From Acutalibacteraceae bacterium (GTDB taxonomy: Bacteria; Bacillota; Clostridia; Oscillospirales; Acutalibacteraceae), in contig JAZSAH010000019.1 in the NCBI GenBank assembly GCA_045601745.1, positions 1 through 52,474 on the forward strand: DNA of 52,474 nt, read 5' to 3'. The notes beneath the pieces were generated by a model. It did no database searches and was not told where the DNA came from. It worked only from the letters and a program-made list of their open reading frames with translations. The position numbers were made by a program, and so were the translations under genes. Below, in pieces: positions 27,695 to 38,486 of this stretch. The number at the start of each line of letters is the position of its first letter. Position 1 is the stretch's first letter.

Positions 27695-28660
27695 ATGAGT
27701 AAGTATACGGTTTCTCTTGAAAAAGTTGTAAAAGACCTTTCTTTTCAGGTGATTTATACCCCAAAAGATATTGCGGATATCTATATCACCTCTCAGGATG
27801 TAAACAGACCCGGTCTTATTTTAACCGGTTTCGAAGATTATTTTGATCCTGCAAGAATTCAGTTTTTCGGTCTTACCGAACTTGAGTATTTCAAAAGTCT
27901 TACCAAAGACGGTTTTCTTGAATGTCTTGAAAGATTCTTTTCCAAAAGACCCGCAGCAGTTGTTGTAACAAGAGGTCTTCAGTGCGGAAAAAGATTTCTG
28001 AGCTTTGCAGAAAAATATGAAGTTCCCGTTCTTGCAACAAATGAATCAACATCGGGATGTATGTCAGCAACAATTTCTTATCTCGGAGTTGAACTTGCAC
28101 AACGCATAACGCGTCACGGTGTTCTTGTTGAAGTATACGGCGAAGGTGTTCTCATTCTCGGCGACAGCGGCGTCGGTAAAAGCGAAACAGCTCTTGAACT
28201 CATCAAGAGAGGACACAGACTCATTGCCGATGATGCTGTTGAAATCCGCAGAGTATCAAACAAAACTCTTGTCGGTTCTGCACCGGATAATATCCGTCAT
28301 TTTATCGAGCTTCGCGGCGTAGGTGTTCTTAATGCAAGAAGACTGTTCGGTATGGGTGCAGTTAAACTTACGGAAAAGGTCGATATGGTTGTTCAGCTTG
28401 AACCCTGGGACAGTGAAAAGGTTTATGACAGACTCGGTCTCGAAAATGAATACACCGAAATTCTTGATATAAAAGTTCCTGTTACCGTTGTTCCAGTCAA
28501 ACCCGGCAGAAATCTTTCGATAATCATTGAAGCTGCAGCGATGAATAACAGACAGAAGAAGATGGGTTATAACGCTGCAAGAGAGCTTCTTCACAGTCTC
28601 GGCATGACTGATGATATCGTTCCTGCTAAAAAAGAACTTGAATTCTGGCATAATTCATAA
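27695..28660 (+). CDS. hprK: HPr kinase/phosphorylase
   Basis: NRPGL, HGVLVEVYGEGVLILGDSGVGKSETALEL, LIADD, ELRGVG, PGRN. Confidence 0.97.
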   Translation: MSKYTVSLEKVVKDLSFQVIYTPKDIADIYITSQDVNRPGLILTGFEDYFDPARIQFFGLTELEYFKSLTKDGFLECLERFFSKRPAAVVVTRGLQCGKRFLSFAEKYEVPVLATNESTSGCMSATISYLGVELAQRITRHGVLVEVYGEGVLILGDSGVGKSETALELIKRGHRLIADDAVEIRRVSNKTLVGSAPDNIRHFIELRGVGVLNARRLFGMGAVKLTEKVDMVVQLEPWDSEKVYDRLGLENEYTEILDIKVPVTVVPVKPGRNLSIIIEAAAMNNRQKKMGYNAARELLHSLGMTDDIVPAKKELEFWHNS

Positions 28661-28694
28661 ATCAGATTATAATAAATTTACGGAGGTAATAAAT

Positions 28695-29642
28695 ATGTAT
28701 AGAATTGGCGTTGATCTCGGCGGAACAAACATAGCAGTAGGTGTTGTATCGGAAGATATGAAAATAATAGGCAGAGGTAAGGTTAAAACCAAGTGTCCCA
28801 GACCTGCTGCGGAAATTTTTGATGATATCAAAGTTGCTGTTGACATGGCAATTAAAGATGCCGGAATTTCCATGGATGAAGTTTCGTCTGTCGGCGTAGG
28901 AACTCCCGGTTCCGTCAATAAAGATAACGGTTATATTGAATTTGCTAATAACCTTGATTTCAATCAGGTTCCCGCAAAGGAAATGCTTGAAGAAAGACTC
29001 GGCAAAACTGTTTATCTTGATAATGATGCAAACTGCGCTGCACTCGGCGAAGCAATCGCAGGTGTAGGCAAAGGTGTCGGAAACTTTGTTGCCGTTACTC
29101 TCGGAACCGGCGTCGGAAGCGGTATTATTGTTAACGGTAAGATTGTCAGCGGCGTAAACTATGCAGGCGGAGAAATGGGTCATCATGTTATCATGGTCAA
29201 CGGCAAGCAGTGCAACTGCGGCAGAAAAGGCTGCTGGGAACAGTATGCTTCCGCAACAGCTCTTATAGCTCAGACAAAAGAAGCAATGCTTGCAAACAAA
29301 GACAGCAAGATGTGGCAGCTTGTCAACGGCAATATCGACTGCACAAGCGGCAGAACGGCTTTTGATGCAATGAGACTTGGTGACGAAGCTGCTAAAGAAG
29401 TCTGCGAAAATTATATTTATTATATTTCAGTCGGTGTCAATAATATTATTAACACCTTCCAGCCCGAAATCGTTTGCATCGGCGGCGGTGTCAGCCACGA
29501 AGGCGATACAATTCTCAACCCTCTCAGAAAGCACGCAGAAAACGAAAGATATTCAATTCACTCAAATAAACAGACAAAAATTCTTGCCGCTGAACTCGGA
29601 AACGATGCAGGCATTTTCGGTGCGGCACTTCTTGATGAATAA
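28695..29642 (+). CDS. ROK family sugar kinase (glucokinase-like)
   Basis: GGAGG SD, ATG 28695; GVDLGGT, NDANCAA, TLGTGVG, GEMGH, CNCGRKGCWE. Confidence 0.92.
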   Translation: MYRIGVDLGGTNIAVGVVSEDMKIIGRGKVKTKCPRPAAEIFDDIKVAVDMAIKDAGISMDEVSSVGVGTPGSVNKDNGYIEFANNLDFNQVPAKEMLEERLGKTVYLDNDANCAALGEAIAGVGKGVGNFVAVTLGTGVGSGIIVNGKIVSGVNYAGGEMGHHVIMVNGKQCNCGRKGCWEQYASATALIAQTKEAMLANKDSKMWQLVNGNIDCTSGRTAFDAMRLGDEAAKEVCENYIYYISVGVNNIINTFQPEIVCIGGGVSHEGDTILNPLRKHAENERYSIHSNKQTKILAAELGNDAGIFGAALLDE

Positions 29643-29660
29643 TTGATTTTGGAGGAAACC

Positions 29661-30566
29661 ATGAGTTTTTATAATGAAATCATCACTTTATGCGAAAATA
29701 TCGGATGTGAATATCTGACGGATGCTGTGCTGAAAAATTATACAAGCTTTAAAATCGGCGGAAAAGCCGATTTGATGGTCTTTCCCGATACTGAAGATAA
29801 AATTTCTTCAATAATCAGACTTTTAAATGAATTATCCGCCCCGAAGCTTATAATCGGGAAAGGCAGCAATATGCTTATTTCTGATTCCGGTTTCAGAGGT
29901 GTTGTTATCAATACTTGTAAATTTGATAAAATCGAACTTATTGATGAAACAACAATTTACTGTCAAAGCGGCGCATCGCTTTCCAGACTGTGTCGCTTTG
30001 CACTTGAAAACTCACTTTCCGGTCTTGAATTTGCATTCGGTATTCCCGGCACTGCAGGCGGTGCTGCCTATATGAATGCAGGTGCATACGGCGGTGAAAT
30101 GGTTGATGTTCTTGTTTCATGTGAACATCTTCTTCACGACGGAACAAAAGAGGTTTTCAATGCTGATGAACTTGGTCTTTCATACAGACACAGCATTTAT
30201 TCCGACAGCGATTTATTCATTTTGTCTCTCACTGTTAAACTCGAAAAAGGTAATCATGAAGATATAAAAGCGAAAATGGATGAATTGATGTTCAGACGCA
30301 AGGATAAGCAGCCCATTGAATATCCCAGTGCAGGAAGTACATTCAAACGCCCCGAAGGATATTTTGCCGCAGCATTGATTGATGAATGCAATCTTAAAGG
30401 CTGTACTGTCGGCGGTGCTCAGGTCAGCGAGAAACATTCCGGTTTTATTATAAACAAAGGTAATGCAACTTGCGAGGATGTTTTGGCTCTCATGAAACAT
30501 TGCCAAGAAACAGTTATGAAAATAAAAGGTGTTCATATTGAACCCGAAGTCAGAATAATAGGGTAG
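29661..30566 (+). CDS. murB: UDP-N-acetylenolpyruvoylglucosamine reductase
   Basis: GGAGG SD, ATG 29661; TSFKIGG, GKGSN, GIPGTAGG, MNAGAYG, PSAGSTFKRP, SEKH, EPEV. Confidence 0.96.
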   Translation: MSFYNEIITLCENIGCEYLTDAVLKNYTSFKIGGKADLMVFPDTEDKISSIIRLLNELSAPKLIIGKGSNMLISDSGFRGVVINTCKFDKIELIDETTIYCQSGASLSRLCRFALENSLSGLEFAFGIPGTAGGAAYMNAGAYGGEMVDVLVSCEHLLHDGTKEVFNADELGLSYRHSIYSDSDLFILSLTVKLEKGNHEDIKAKMDELMFRRKDKQPIEYPSAGSTFKRPEGYFAAALIDECNLKGCTVGGAQVSEKHSGFIINKGNATCEDVLALMKHCQETVMKIKGVHIEPEVRIIG

Positions 30567-30578
30567 GAGGGGAATGAT

Positions 30579-31481
30579 TTGTCTTTTTCATCCGAAGTAA
30601 AAAGCGAAATATCAAAAATTGAAAATTTATCCTCCTGTTGCTATCATGCACAAGTCTACGGGCTTGTGCTTTTTGCTCATTTTTCAAAATATAACCTTTC
30701 AATAACGTCGGAAAACCGCGATGTATTTGATTTATATTTATCATATCTTCGGAATTATTGCTCTGTTGAGCCGATAATAAGCGACACAGGAACAAAAAAA
30801 ATGACCGCATATCTTAAATCCGATTCGGACAAGTCCAAAGTTTTTGATAAATTCGGTCATTCATTGACAGAAACTTCTCTCAGAATAAACAGAGCCAACA
30901 TTTCAGATGAATGCTGTCTGAGTGCATTTCTCAGAGGAGCATTTCTTGCCTGCGGAACCGTTACCGACCCCGAAAGAGGATATCATCTTGAATTTGTTGT
31001 GCCTTATAAAAGACTTTGCATGGATTTTATGAAATTCATGGACGAGCTTTCATTAAGTCCGAAATATATTGTCAGAAAAGGTAATCACATCATTTATTTC
31101 AAAGACAGTGAAAGCATTGAAGATATTCTTGCTATTATCGGAGCGCAGGCCGCATCTCTTCATGTTATGGGAATAAAAATTGAAAAAGATGTCAAGAATA
31201 CGGTAAACCGAAGACTGAACTTTGAAATGTCAAACATAAATAAAACTGTCAATGCTGCAAACCAGCAGGTTGAAGCAATTGAGCTGATTGAAAAACATAT
31301 GGGAATATCGGCATTGCCGGATAATCTTCAGGAACTTGCAAGACTGCGTATTGATAACCCCGAAGCAAGTTTATCCGAGCTCGGAAATCTTCTTGATGAA
31401 CCGATTTCACGTTCAGGAATTAATCACAGACTCAGCAGAATAGTTAAAATTGCTGAAAAAATAATAACGGAGATTGAATAA
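30579..31481 (+). CDS. whiA: DNA-binding protein WhiA
   Basis: TTG start after GGAGG; SFSSEVKSE, FLRGAFLACGTVTDP..YHLE, NRRLNFEMSN, SRSGINHR. Confidence 0.95.
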   Translation: MSFSSEVKSEISKIENLSSCCYHAQVYGLVLFAHFSKYNLSITSENRDVFDLYLSYLRNYCSVEPIISDTGTKKMTAYLKSDSDKSKVFDKFGHSLTETSLRINRANISDECCLSAFLRGAFLACGTVTDPERGYHLEFVVPYKRLCMDFMKFMDELSLSPKYIVRKGNHIIYFKDSESIEDILAIIGAQAASLHVMGIKIEKDVKNTVNRRLNFEMSNINKTVNAANQQVEAIELIEKHMGISALPDNLQELARLRIDNPEASLSELGNLLDEPISRSGINHRLSRIVKIAEKIITEIE

Positions 31482-34400
31482 TGTCCTTCACTCATTTACA
31501 TGTTCACAGTGAATACAGTCTGCTTGACGGCGCTTGCAGAATTGAACCTATGCTCGATAAAGTCAAAAGCATGGGTCAGACGTCTGTTGCCATAACAGAC
31601 CACGGTGTTATGTACGGTGTTGTTGATTTTTATAAAGCAGCTCTTAAAAGAGATATAAAACCGATTATCGGATGCGAAGTTTATGTTGCGCCGAGATCGA
31701 GATTTGATAAAGTTCACGGAATCGACAACGAAAGATTCCATCTTGTTCTTCTCTGCAAAAATAATAAAGGCTATAAGAACCTTATAAAGCTTGTTTCCGA
31801 GGGTTGGGTAAACGGTTTTTACACCAAACCGAGAGTTGATAAGGACATTCTTGAAAAATACCATGATGGATTGATTGCACTTTCGGGATGCCTTGCAGGC
31901 GAGGTATCAAGAGCCTTGCAAAGAAATGATTACGAAGAAGCAAAGTCTGTTGCGAATTGGTATAAGAATATTTTCGGTGAAGATAATTATTATCTTGAAA
32001 TTCAGAATCACGGATTAAATGAACAGCTTATGATTAATCCTGACCTCATCAGGCTTTCAAAAGAGCTTGACATTCCTCTGGCTGCAACAAACGATGCACA
32101 TTATACAGATAAGCAGGATGCAAAAATGCAGCAAGTTCTTATCTGCATTCAGACCAATCATACGGTTGGTGAGGACACGGGTCTTGAATTCGGAACGGAA
32201 GAATTCTATCTTAAATCCGAAGATGAAATGCTTGAAGCATTCTCCGATTGTCCCGAAGCTGTTTATAATACCGCAAAAATTGCCGAAAGATGCAATGTTA
32301 CATTTGAATTCGGCAACACCAAACTTCCTCATTTTGAAGTGCCCGATGGATATGAGCATTTCGAATGGTTTTCGCTTCTTTGCAGAAAAGGTCTGAAAGA
32401 GCGATACGGTGAAAACCCTCCCGAAGAATATATCGACAGGCTCAATTATGAGCTTGATGTTATTAATAAAATGGGTTATGTTGACTATTATCTTATAGTC
32501 CATGATTTTATCAGACAAGCAAAAGAAATGGGCATACCCGTAGGTCCCGGCAGAGGCTCGGGTGCTGCAAGTATATGCGCATACTGTATCGGAATTACCG
32601 GTATTGACCCGATGAAATACAATCTTCTTTTTGAACGTTTTTTAAATCCGGAAAGAGTAAGTATGCCCGACTTTGATATTGACTTCTGCTTCGAAAGAAG
32701 GGGAGAGGTCATTGATTATGTTATTGAAAAATACGGTTCAGACCATGTTGCTCAGATTGTAACATTCGGTACTCTTGCCGCAAAAGCTGCGATAAGAGAT
32801 GTCGGACGAGCTCTCGGAATGCCTTATTCAACCGTCGATAACATAGCTAAGCAAGTTCCCAATGAACTTAATATAACAATCGACAGAGCATTAAAGCGTT
32901 CTGTTGATTTCAAGGCTCTTTATGATAATGATGACGAAGCAAAAGAGCTTATTGATATGGCTCGCAAGGTTGAAGGTATGCCCCGTCATGCATCAACCCA
33001 TGCTGCAGGAGTTGTTATAACACACGACCCCGTTGTTTCATATGTTCCTCTTGCGAGAAACGATGAAGCTGTTGTAACTCAGTTTCCGATGACAACGCTT
33101 GAAGAACTCGGTCTTTTGAAAATGGATTTTTTAGGTCTCAGAACACTTACCGTTATCAAATCGGCAGAAAATATGATCAGAAAATCCGTTCCCGATTTCT
33201 GTATTGATAACATTGATGTTGAAGACAGAAATGTTTATGAAATGATGTGCTCTGCTCAGACGGAAGGTGTTTTTCAATTTGAATCGGCCGGAATGAGAAG
33301 CGTTTTATCACAGCTCAAACCCGAAAGTCTTGAAGACCTGATTGCCGTTATTTCTCTTTACAGACCCGGTCCCATGGATTCAATTCCGACTTATATTGAA
33401 AACAGACATCATCCCGATAAAATAAGATATAAAACGCCCGAGCTTAAAAGCATTCTTGATGTCACTTACGGATGCATGGTCTATCAGGAGCAGGTCATGC
33501 AGATTTGCCGTGAACTTGCAGGATATTCTTACGGGAGAGCTGATATTGTTCGTCGTGCAATGGCCAAGAAAAAGCATGATGTAATGCTTAAAGAAAGAGA
33601 TGCATTTGTTGAAGGTGCAGTTAACAGGGGTGTTGATTCAAAAGCGGCAAATGAAATTTTTGATGAAATGATTTCTTTCGCTTCTTACGCTTTCAATAAA
33701 GCACACGCCGCAGCATATGCATATGTTGCGTATCAGACCGCATGGCTCAAGTGTCATTATCCCTGCGAATTTTTTGCGGCATTATTGACGAGCTTTCTTG
33801 ATAACACAGGAAAAGTTGTTCAATATATCAACGAGTGTTCGAAACTTGGAATAAGAATTCTGCCGCCTCACATCAATGAAAGCTCCGATGAATTTGCAGT
33901 TTCAGGCAGAAATATACATTTCAGTCTGCTTGCCATCAAAGGTCTCGGCAGAGGCTTCATCAGACGCATGATTGATGAAAGAAACTCAAACGGCGATTTT
34001 TATGATTTCTATGATTTCTGCCGCAGAATGTACGGTAAGGATTTCAACAGAAGAACACTTGAAAATCTTATCAAATGCGGTGCTTTCGATAATCTCGGAG
34101 CAAACAGAAGACAAATGATGAATTCGATAGATACGATTATCGAAGAACTTGATTCATCAAAAAGAAGAAATGTTGAAGGTCAGATTGGCTTCGGTGATCT
34201 CGGTTCTTCATATGACGACGAAGAATATATTCCTGCATCTTCATTTATTTATCCCGATTCCGATGAATTTACGCCCGAACAGCTTCTCAGATATGAAAAA
34301 GAAGTTTCGGGAATGTATCTTTCGGGACATCCCATGAACAAATATATCCGTATATCCGAAAAACTTAAATGCGCTTCAATAGGCGAGATTATTGATTCGG

Positions 34401-34945
34401 ATTCGGCAAAATATAAAGATAATGACAGAGTTACTGTTCTCGGTCTTATCAGTTCAGTTAAGAAAAAGATAACAAAAAACGATTCCACCATGGCATTTTT
34501 AACTGTTGAAGACACAACCGGCTCGATTGAATTAATTGTGTTCCCTAAAACTCTTATGGAAAAACCCGCTGTATTTGTTGAAGGTAACATACTTCTTTTC
34601 CACGGAAGAATAAGTATGCGTGAAGATGAGGATACAAAGATTGTTTGTGAAGCAGTTGAAGTATGCCCTTCTGAAAATTCAATCGTTGAAGCAAAAACTG
34701 TCACCTCCGAAAAAAAGAAGGCAAAAGGATTGTTCCTCAGATTCGACACCGCAGATTCTCCTCAGATTGAATACTGCAGAAAACTGCTATCAATTTTTGA
34801 CGGAAATGTTCCTTTGTATTATTATTACAATGACAGAAAAGAATATAAAAGAAATCCGTTAATGCATGGAATTGATGTCAATAATGTGCTTCTGAGAGAA
34901 CTTCGTAAAATTCTCGGTGATTCAAATGTTATATATAACGATTAA
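31481..34945 (+). CDS. dnaE: DNA polymerase III alpha subunit
   Basis: HLHVHSEYSLLDG PHP domain, GPGRGSGA, PDFDIDF, KMDFLGL, YAFNKAH. Confidence 0.97.
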   Translation: MSFTHLHVHSEYSLLDGACRIEPMLDKVKSMGQTSVAITDHGVMYGVVDFYKAALKRDIKPIIGCEVYVAPRSRFDKVHGIDNERFHLVLLCKNNKGYKNLIKLVSEGWVNGFYTKPRVDKDILEKYHDGLIALSGCLAGEVSRALQRNDYEEAKSVANWYKNIFGEDNYYLEIQNHGLNEQLMINPDLIRLSKELDIPLAATNDAHYTDKQDAKMQQVLICIQTNHTVGEDTGLEFGTEEFYLKSEDEMLEAFSDCPEAVYNTAKIAERCNVTFEFGNTKLPHFEVPDGYEHFEWFSLLCRKGLKERYGENPPEEYIDRLNYELDVINKMGYVDYYLIVHDFIRQAKEMGIPVGPGRGSGAASICAYCIGITGIDPMKYNLLFERFLNPERVSMPDFDIDFCFERRGEVIDYVIEKYGSDHVAQIVTFGTLAAKAAIRDVGRALGMPYSTVDNIAKQVPNELNITIDRALKRSVDFKALYDNDDEAKELIDMARKVEGMPRHASTHAAGVVITHDPVVSYVPLARNDEAVVTQFPMTTLEELGLLKMDFLGLRTLTVIKSAENMIRKSVPDFCIDNIDVEDRNVYEMMCSAQTEGVFQFESAGMRSVLSQLKPESLEDLIAVISLYRPGPMDSIPTYIENRHHPDKIRYKTPELKSILDVTYGCMVYQEQVMQICRELAGYSYGRADIVRRAMAKKKHDVMLKERDAFVEGAVNRGVDSKAANEIFDEMISFASYAFNKAHAAAYAYVAYQTAWLKCHYPCEFFAALLTSFLDNTGKVVQYINECSKLGIRILPPHINESSDEFAVSGRNIHFSLLAIKGLGRGFIRRMIDERNSNGDFYDFYDFCRRMYGKDFNRRTLENLIKCGAFDNLGANRRQMMNSIDTIIEELDSSKRRNVEGQIGFGDLGSSYDDEEYIPASSFIYPDSDEFTPEQLLRYEKEVSGMYLSGHPMNKYIRISEKLKCASIGEIIDSDSAKYKDNDRVTVLGLISSVKKKITKNDSTMAFLTVEDTTGSIELIVFPKTLMEKPAVFVEGNILLFHGRISMREDEDTKIVCEAVEVCPSENSIVEAKTVTSEKKKAKGLFLRFDTADSPQIEYCRKLLSIFDGNVPLYYYYNDRKEYKRNPLMHGIDVNNVLLRELRKILGDSNVIYND

Positions 34946-34999
34946 ATGGTTTATCGGAGAATTATTAATTAAAAAAATTAGCAAAAAATGTTTATTTCA

Positions 35000-35028
35000 T
35001 TGACATTATGTAATTTAAAGTGTATTAT
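35000..35028 (+). promoter_or_regulatory. SigA promoter of pfkA
   Basis: TTGACA-17-TATTAT. Confidence 0.65.
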
Positions 35029-35062
35029 ATAGTCTGAACATTTTTCAAGGAGAGTAATTATT

Positions 35063-36025
35063 ATGAAGACTATCGGCGTTTTAACAAGCGGCGGCGACGC
35101 CCCCGGTATGAATGCTGCAGTTCGTGCAGTTGTCAGAACCGCATGTGAAAACGGAATTAAAGTATACGGAATTAACAGAGGTTATCAGGGTCTCATCGAA
35201 GGTGACATCCGTGAACTCAATATCAGAAGCGTTTCCGATATAATCCACAGAGGCGGCACAATGCTCTATTCCGCAAGATGTAAGGCTTTCAGAGAGGAAT
35301 CAGGTATGCAGCAGGCTATTGACACCTGCAAGAAGTTCGGCATTGAAGGCATTGTTGTCATCGGCGGTGACGGTTCATTCAGAGGTGCACGCGATCTTTC
35401 ACTCAGAGGTATTCCCTGCATCGGTGTTCCCGGAACAATTGATAACGATATCGTATCATCAGATTATACTATCGGTTATGATACCTGCCTCAATACTGTT
35501 ATGCAGATGGTAGACAGAGTCAGAGACACCGTTGAATCCCACAGCAGATGCATTGTTGTTGAGGTTATGGGTAACAGATGCGGCGACCTCACTCTCAATG
35601 CCGGTATAGCAGTCGGTGCAACAGCTATTGTTATTCCTGAGATTCAGTCAGATATCGAAAAGCACGTTATTGAAAGAATCAGAAGAACACAGAAGACTGA
35701 TAAAAAGCATTTCATTGTTATGGTTGCCGAAGGTATCGGCGGCGTTGAAGAACTTGCAAGAAAAATTGAAAAAGAATGCGGCGTTGAATCAAGAGCTGTT
35801 ATTCTCGGTCATGTTCAGAGAGGCGGTTCTCCCACAGTGCGTGACAGAGTTGCTGCAAGTCAGATGGGTTATAAAGCTGTTCAGCTTCTTATGGAAGGCA
35901 TCGGTAACAGAGTTGTTGTTCAGAAGGACGACCATATTATCGATTATGATATTTATGAAGCTCTTAACATGGAACGCACAGTTAACCATGAGCTTTATAA
36001 AATTGCTCATGAAATTTCAATCTGA
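35063..36025 (+). CDS. pfkA: ATP-dependent 6-phosphofructokinase
   Basis: TSGGDAPGMNAA, GGDGS, PGTIDND, LGHVQRGG. Confidence 0.96.
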   Translation: MKTIGVLTSGGDAPGMNAAVRAVVRTACENGIKVYGINRGYQGLIEGDIRELNIRSVSDIIHRGGTMLYSARCKAFREESGMQQAIDTCKKFGIEGIVVIGGDGSFRGARDLSLRGIPCIGVPGTIDNDIVSSDYTIGYDTCLNTVMQMVDRVRDTVESHSRCIVVEVMGNRCGDLTLNAGIAVGATAIVIPEIQSDIEKHVIERIRRTQKTDKKHFIVMVAEGIGGVEELARKIEKECGVESRAVILGHVQRGGSPTVRDRVAASQMGYKAVQLLMEGIGNRVVVQKDDHIIDYDIYEALNMERTVNHELYKIAHEISI

Positions 36026-36033
36026 GGTAACAA

Positions 36034-38394
36034 ATGATTTCCAATGAATTTTTTACCCTTCGTAAAAAGATAATTGAAAGAGATTTCAAAAATCTCAATG
36101 ATATGCAAAAGAAAGCGGTTCTCTCAACAGAGGGACCGCTTTTGGTGCTTGCTGGAGCAGGAAGCGGTAAAACAACCGTTCTTGTTAACCGAATAGCCAA
36201 TATAATGAAATACGGCAAAGCCTATTACAGCGATAAAATTGCCTATGAGCCGAATGAAAGTGAGCTTGCACTTATGCGTGCTGCAGCTGACGGAATTATT
36301 GATGATGTTTTTGATATTGAACCTTTGCTTCAGGTTGATGCTGCAAAACCCTGGGAAATTCTTGCCATAACCTTCACAAACAAAGCGGCAGGCGAACTCA
36401 AAGAACGTCTTGAGAAAATGCTTGGTGAAGCGGCACTCGATATCTGGGCTAGCACCTTCCACTCAAGCTGTGTCCGTATTCTCAGAAGAAATGCCGATTA
36501 TATCGGTTATTCATCCAATTTTACGATTTACGATACCGATGACAGTAAGCGTGTTATCAAAGACTGCATCAAACAGCTTGGTCTGAGCGAAAATATTATA
36601 ACACCCAAGAGTGTACTATCCGCAATAAGCAGCGCTAAGGATATGCTTATTTCTCCTTCAGAATACATAAAAGAAAACTATGTAGATTTCAGAAAGAGAA
36701 ATATCGGCTCTGTTTATGAAATGTATCAGAAACGTCTTAAAGATGCCGATGCAATGGATTTTGATGATATAATAGTCAATACCGTGCGTCTGCTTCAGAA
36801 CAACTCTGAAGTTCTCGAATATTATCAGCGCAAATTCAAATATATCATGGTTGATGAATATCAGGATACAAACCATGCTCAGTATCTTTTAACATCGATG
36901 CTTGCAGGCGGGTATAAAAACATCTGCGTTGTAGGCGATGATGACCAGAGTATCTATAAATTCAGAGGCGCAACAATTGAAAATATTCTCAGCTTTGAAC
37001 ATCAGTATTCAAATGCAAAGGTGATCCGTCTTGAACAGAATTACCGTTCAACTCAGAATATTCTTGATGCTGCAAACAAAATCATTGCACATAACGAAAA
37101 CAGAAAAGGCAAGAATCTCTGGACAGATAACGGAAAAGGCGATCTCATCAATTATCATACCGCTTATTCTGACAGAGATGAAGGTATATTTGTTGCCGAT
37201 AAGGTTCTTGAAGGACTGAGAAAAGGCGGCAAATACAGCGATTTTGCCGTTCTCTACAGAATGAATTCACAGTCCAACCTTATTGAACAGGCATTTGTCA
37301 GAATGGGTATTCCATACCGTCTTATCGGCGGTCACAAGTTCTATGACCGTAAAGAAATCAAGGATGCTCTTGCTTATCTGAGTGTTATAGCAAACCCAAA
37401 TGACACTGTAAGACTACAGAGAATTATTAATGTTCCCAAGAGGGGGATTGGAGATTCGTCAGTTTCATATGCGCTTGAAATAGCCGAAGGTCTCGGAATC
37501 AGTCTTTTTGAAGTTATCAAATCCGCAGATCAATTCCCCAAGCTCAGCAGAAGTGCAAAAAAAATGGTTGAATTCGGCAAGATGATGGAGGAATTCATTG
37601 AGTCTGTTGATTCCCTTGAATTATCCGAATTATTTAAAAAGGTTATCAATGAATCGGGTTATATTGCTTCTCTGTCGCTTGATCCCGAAACAAAAGAGGA
37701 CCGTCTTGCCAACCTCGAAGAATTATCAAATAACCTCTTACGTTTCACAAGAGAAAACGACGAACCAACCCTCAACGACTTCCTTCAGGAAGTTGCTCTC
37801 ATGACAGACATAGATAACTATAACGCCGAGGCTGATTCTGTTGTTATGATGACAATTCATGCCGCAAAAGGTCTTGAATTTCCTGTTGTTTGTCTTGTTG
37901 GTATGGAAGAATCAATTTTTCCGTCAGATATGTCTTCAATGAGCGGTGAGGATGAAATTGAAGAAGAACGCAGACTCGCTTATGTTGCTGTTACAAGAGC
38001 TAAAAAAACGCTTTATATTACCAGAGCTAAGCAGAGAATGCTTTTTGGTCAGACAAGATTCAATCAGCCGTCAAGATTTATACGCGAAATTCCCGATTCA
38101 CTTCTTGACATAACAGGTGAAACAATCAAAACTATATCAGCAGATAATAAAACACCGATTTCAGCAAGACCGCAGACAGCTTCGAGAGGCTTTACTTCTT
38201 CTCCTGCTCATTCTGCACCGATGAAGAATACTGCTGTTTTCAATATCGGTGATACTGTCAGACATAAAGCATACGGTGAAGGCGTTATTATCAGTGCCAA
38301 GCCTATGGGTAATGATACTCTTCTTGAAATTGCATTCACAAATTCAGGAACAAAGAAAATCATGGCAAATTTTGCAAAAGTTGAAAAGTTATAA
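36034..38394 (+). CDS. pcrA: ATP-dependent DNA helicase PcrA/UvrD
   Basis: AGAGSGKT, TFTNKAA, VDEYQDTN, VGDDDQSIY, QNYRS, TIHAAKGLEF, EERRLAYVAVTRA, C-terminal Tudor-like domain. Confidence 0.96.
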   Translation: MISNEFFTLRKKIIERDFKNLNDMQKKAVLSTEGPLLVLAGAGSGKTTVLVNRIANIMKYGKAYYSDKIAYEPNESELALMRAAADGIIDDVFDIEPLLQVDAAKPWEILAITFTNKAAGELKERLEKMLGEAALDIWASTFHSSCVRILRRNADYIGYSSNFTIYDTDDSKRVIKDCIKQLGLSENIITPKSVLSAISSAKDMLISPSEYIKENYVDFRKRNIGSVYEMYQKRLKDADAMDFDDIIVNTVRLLQNNSEVLEYYQRKFKYIMVDEYQDTNHAQYLLTSMLAGGYKNICVVGDDDQSIYKFRGATIENILSFEHQYSNAKVIRLEQNYRSTQNILDAANKIIAHNENRKGKNLWTDNGKGDLINYHTAYSDRDEGIFVADKVLEGLRKGGKYSDFAVLYRMNSQSNLIEQAFVRMGIPYRLIGGHKFYDRKEIKDALAYLSVIANPNDTVRLQRIINVPKRGIGDSSVSYALEIAEGLGISLFEVIKSADQFPKLSRSAKKMVEFGKMMEEFIESVDSLELSELFKKVINESGYIASLSLDPETKEDRLANLEELSNNLLRFTRENDEPTLNDFLQEVALMTDIDNYNAEADSVVMMTIHAAKGLEFPVVCLVGMEESIFPSDMSSMSGEDEIEEERRLAYVAVTRAKKTLYITRAKQRMLFGQTRFNQPSRFIREIPDSLLDITGETIKTISADNKTPISARPQTASRGFTSSPAHSAPMKNTAVFNIGDTVRHKAYGEGVIISAKPMGNDTLLEIAFTNSGTKKIMANFAKVEKL

Positions 38395-38427
38395 AAAAAG
38401 ACGGCTGTTCACAACAGTCGTCTTTTT
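38395..38427. terminator. Intrinsic terminator, potentially bidirectional
   Basis: AAAAAGACGGCTGTT / AACAGTCGTCTTTTT. Confidence 0.8.
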
Positions 38428-38430
38428 AAT

Positions 38431-38459
38431 GTCATAAAAACGGGACTTGCTCATATAAT
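38431..38459 (+). promoter_or_regulatory. SigE-type promoter of spoIIM
   Basis: gTCATAAA-13-CATATAAT, resembling the mother-cell SigE consensus. Confidence 0.6.
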
Positions 38460-38486
38460 TTAACAAAAGAATACGGAGGTAAAAAA

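Noticed and set aside
36200-36345. Roughly 35-aa insertion in PcrA after motif I as an intein or mobile insert
   Set aside because: Too short and no intein terminal motifs; more likely a lineage-specific loop
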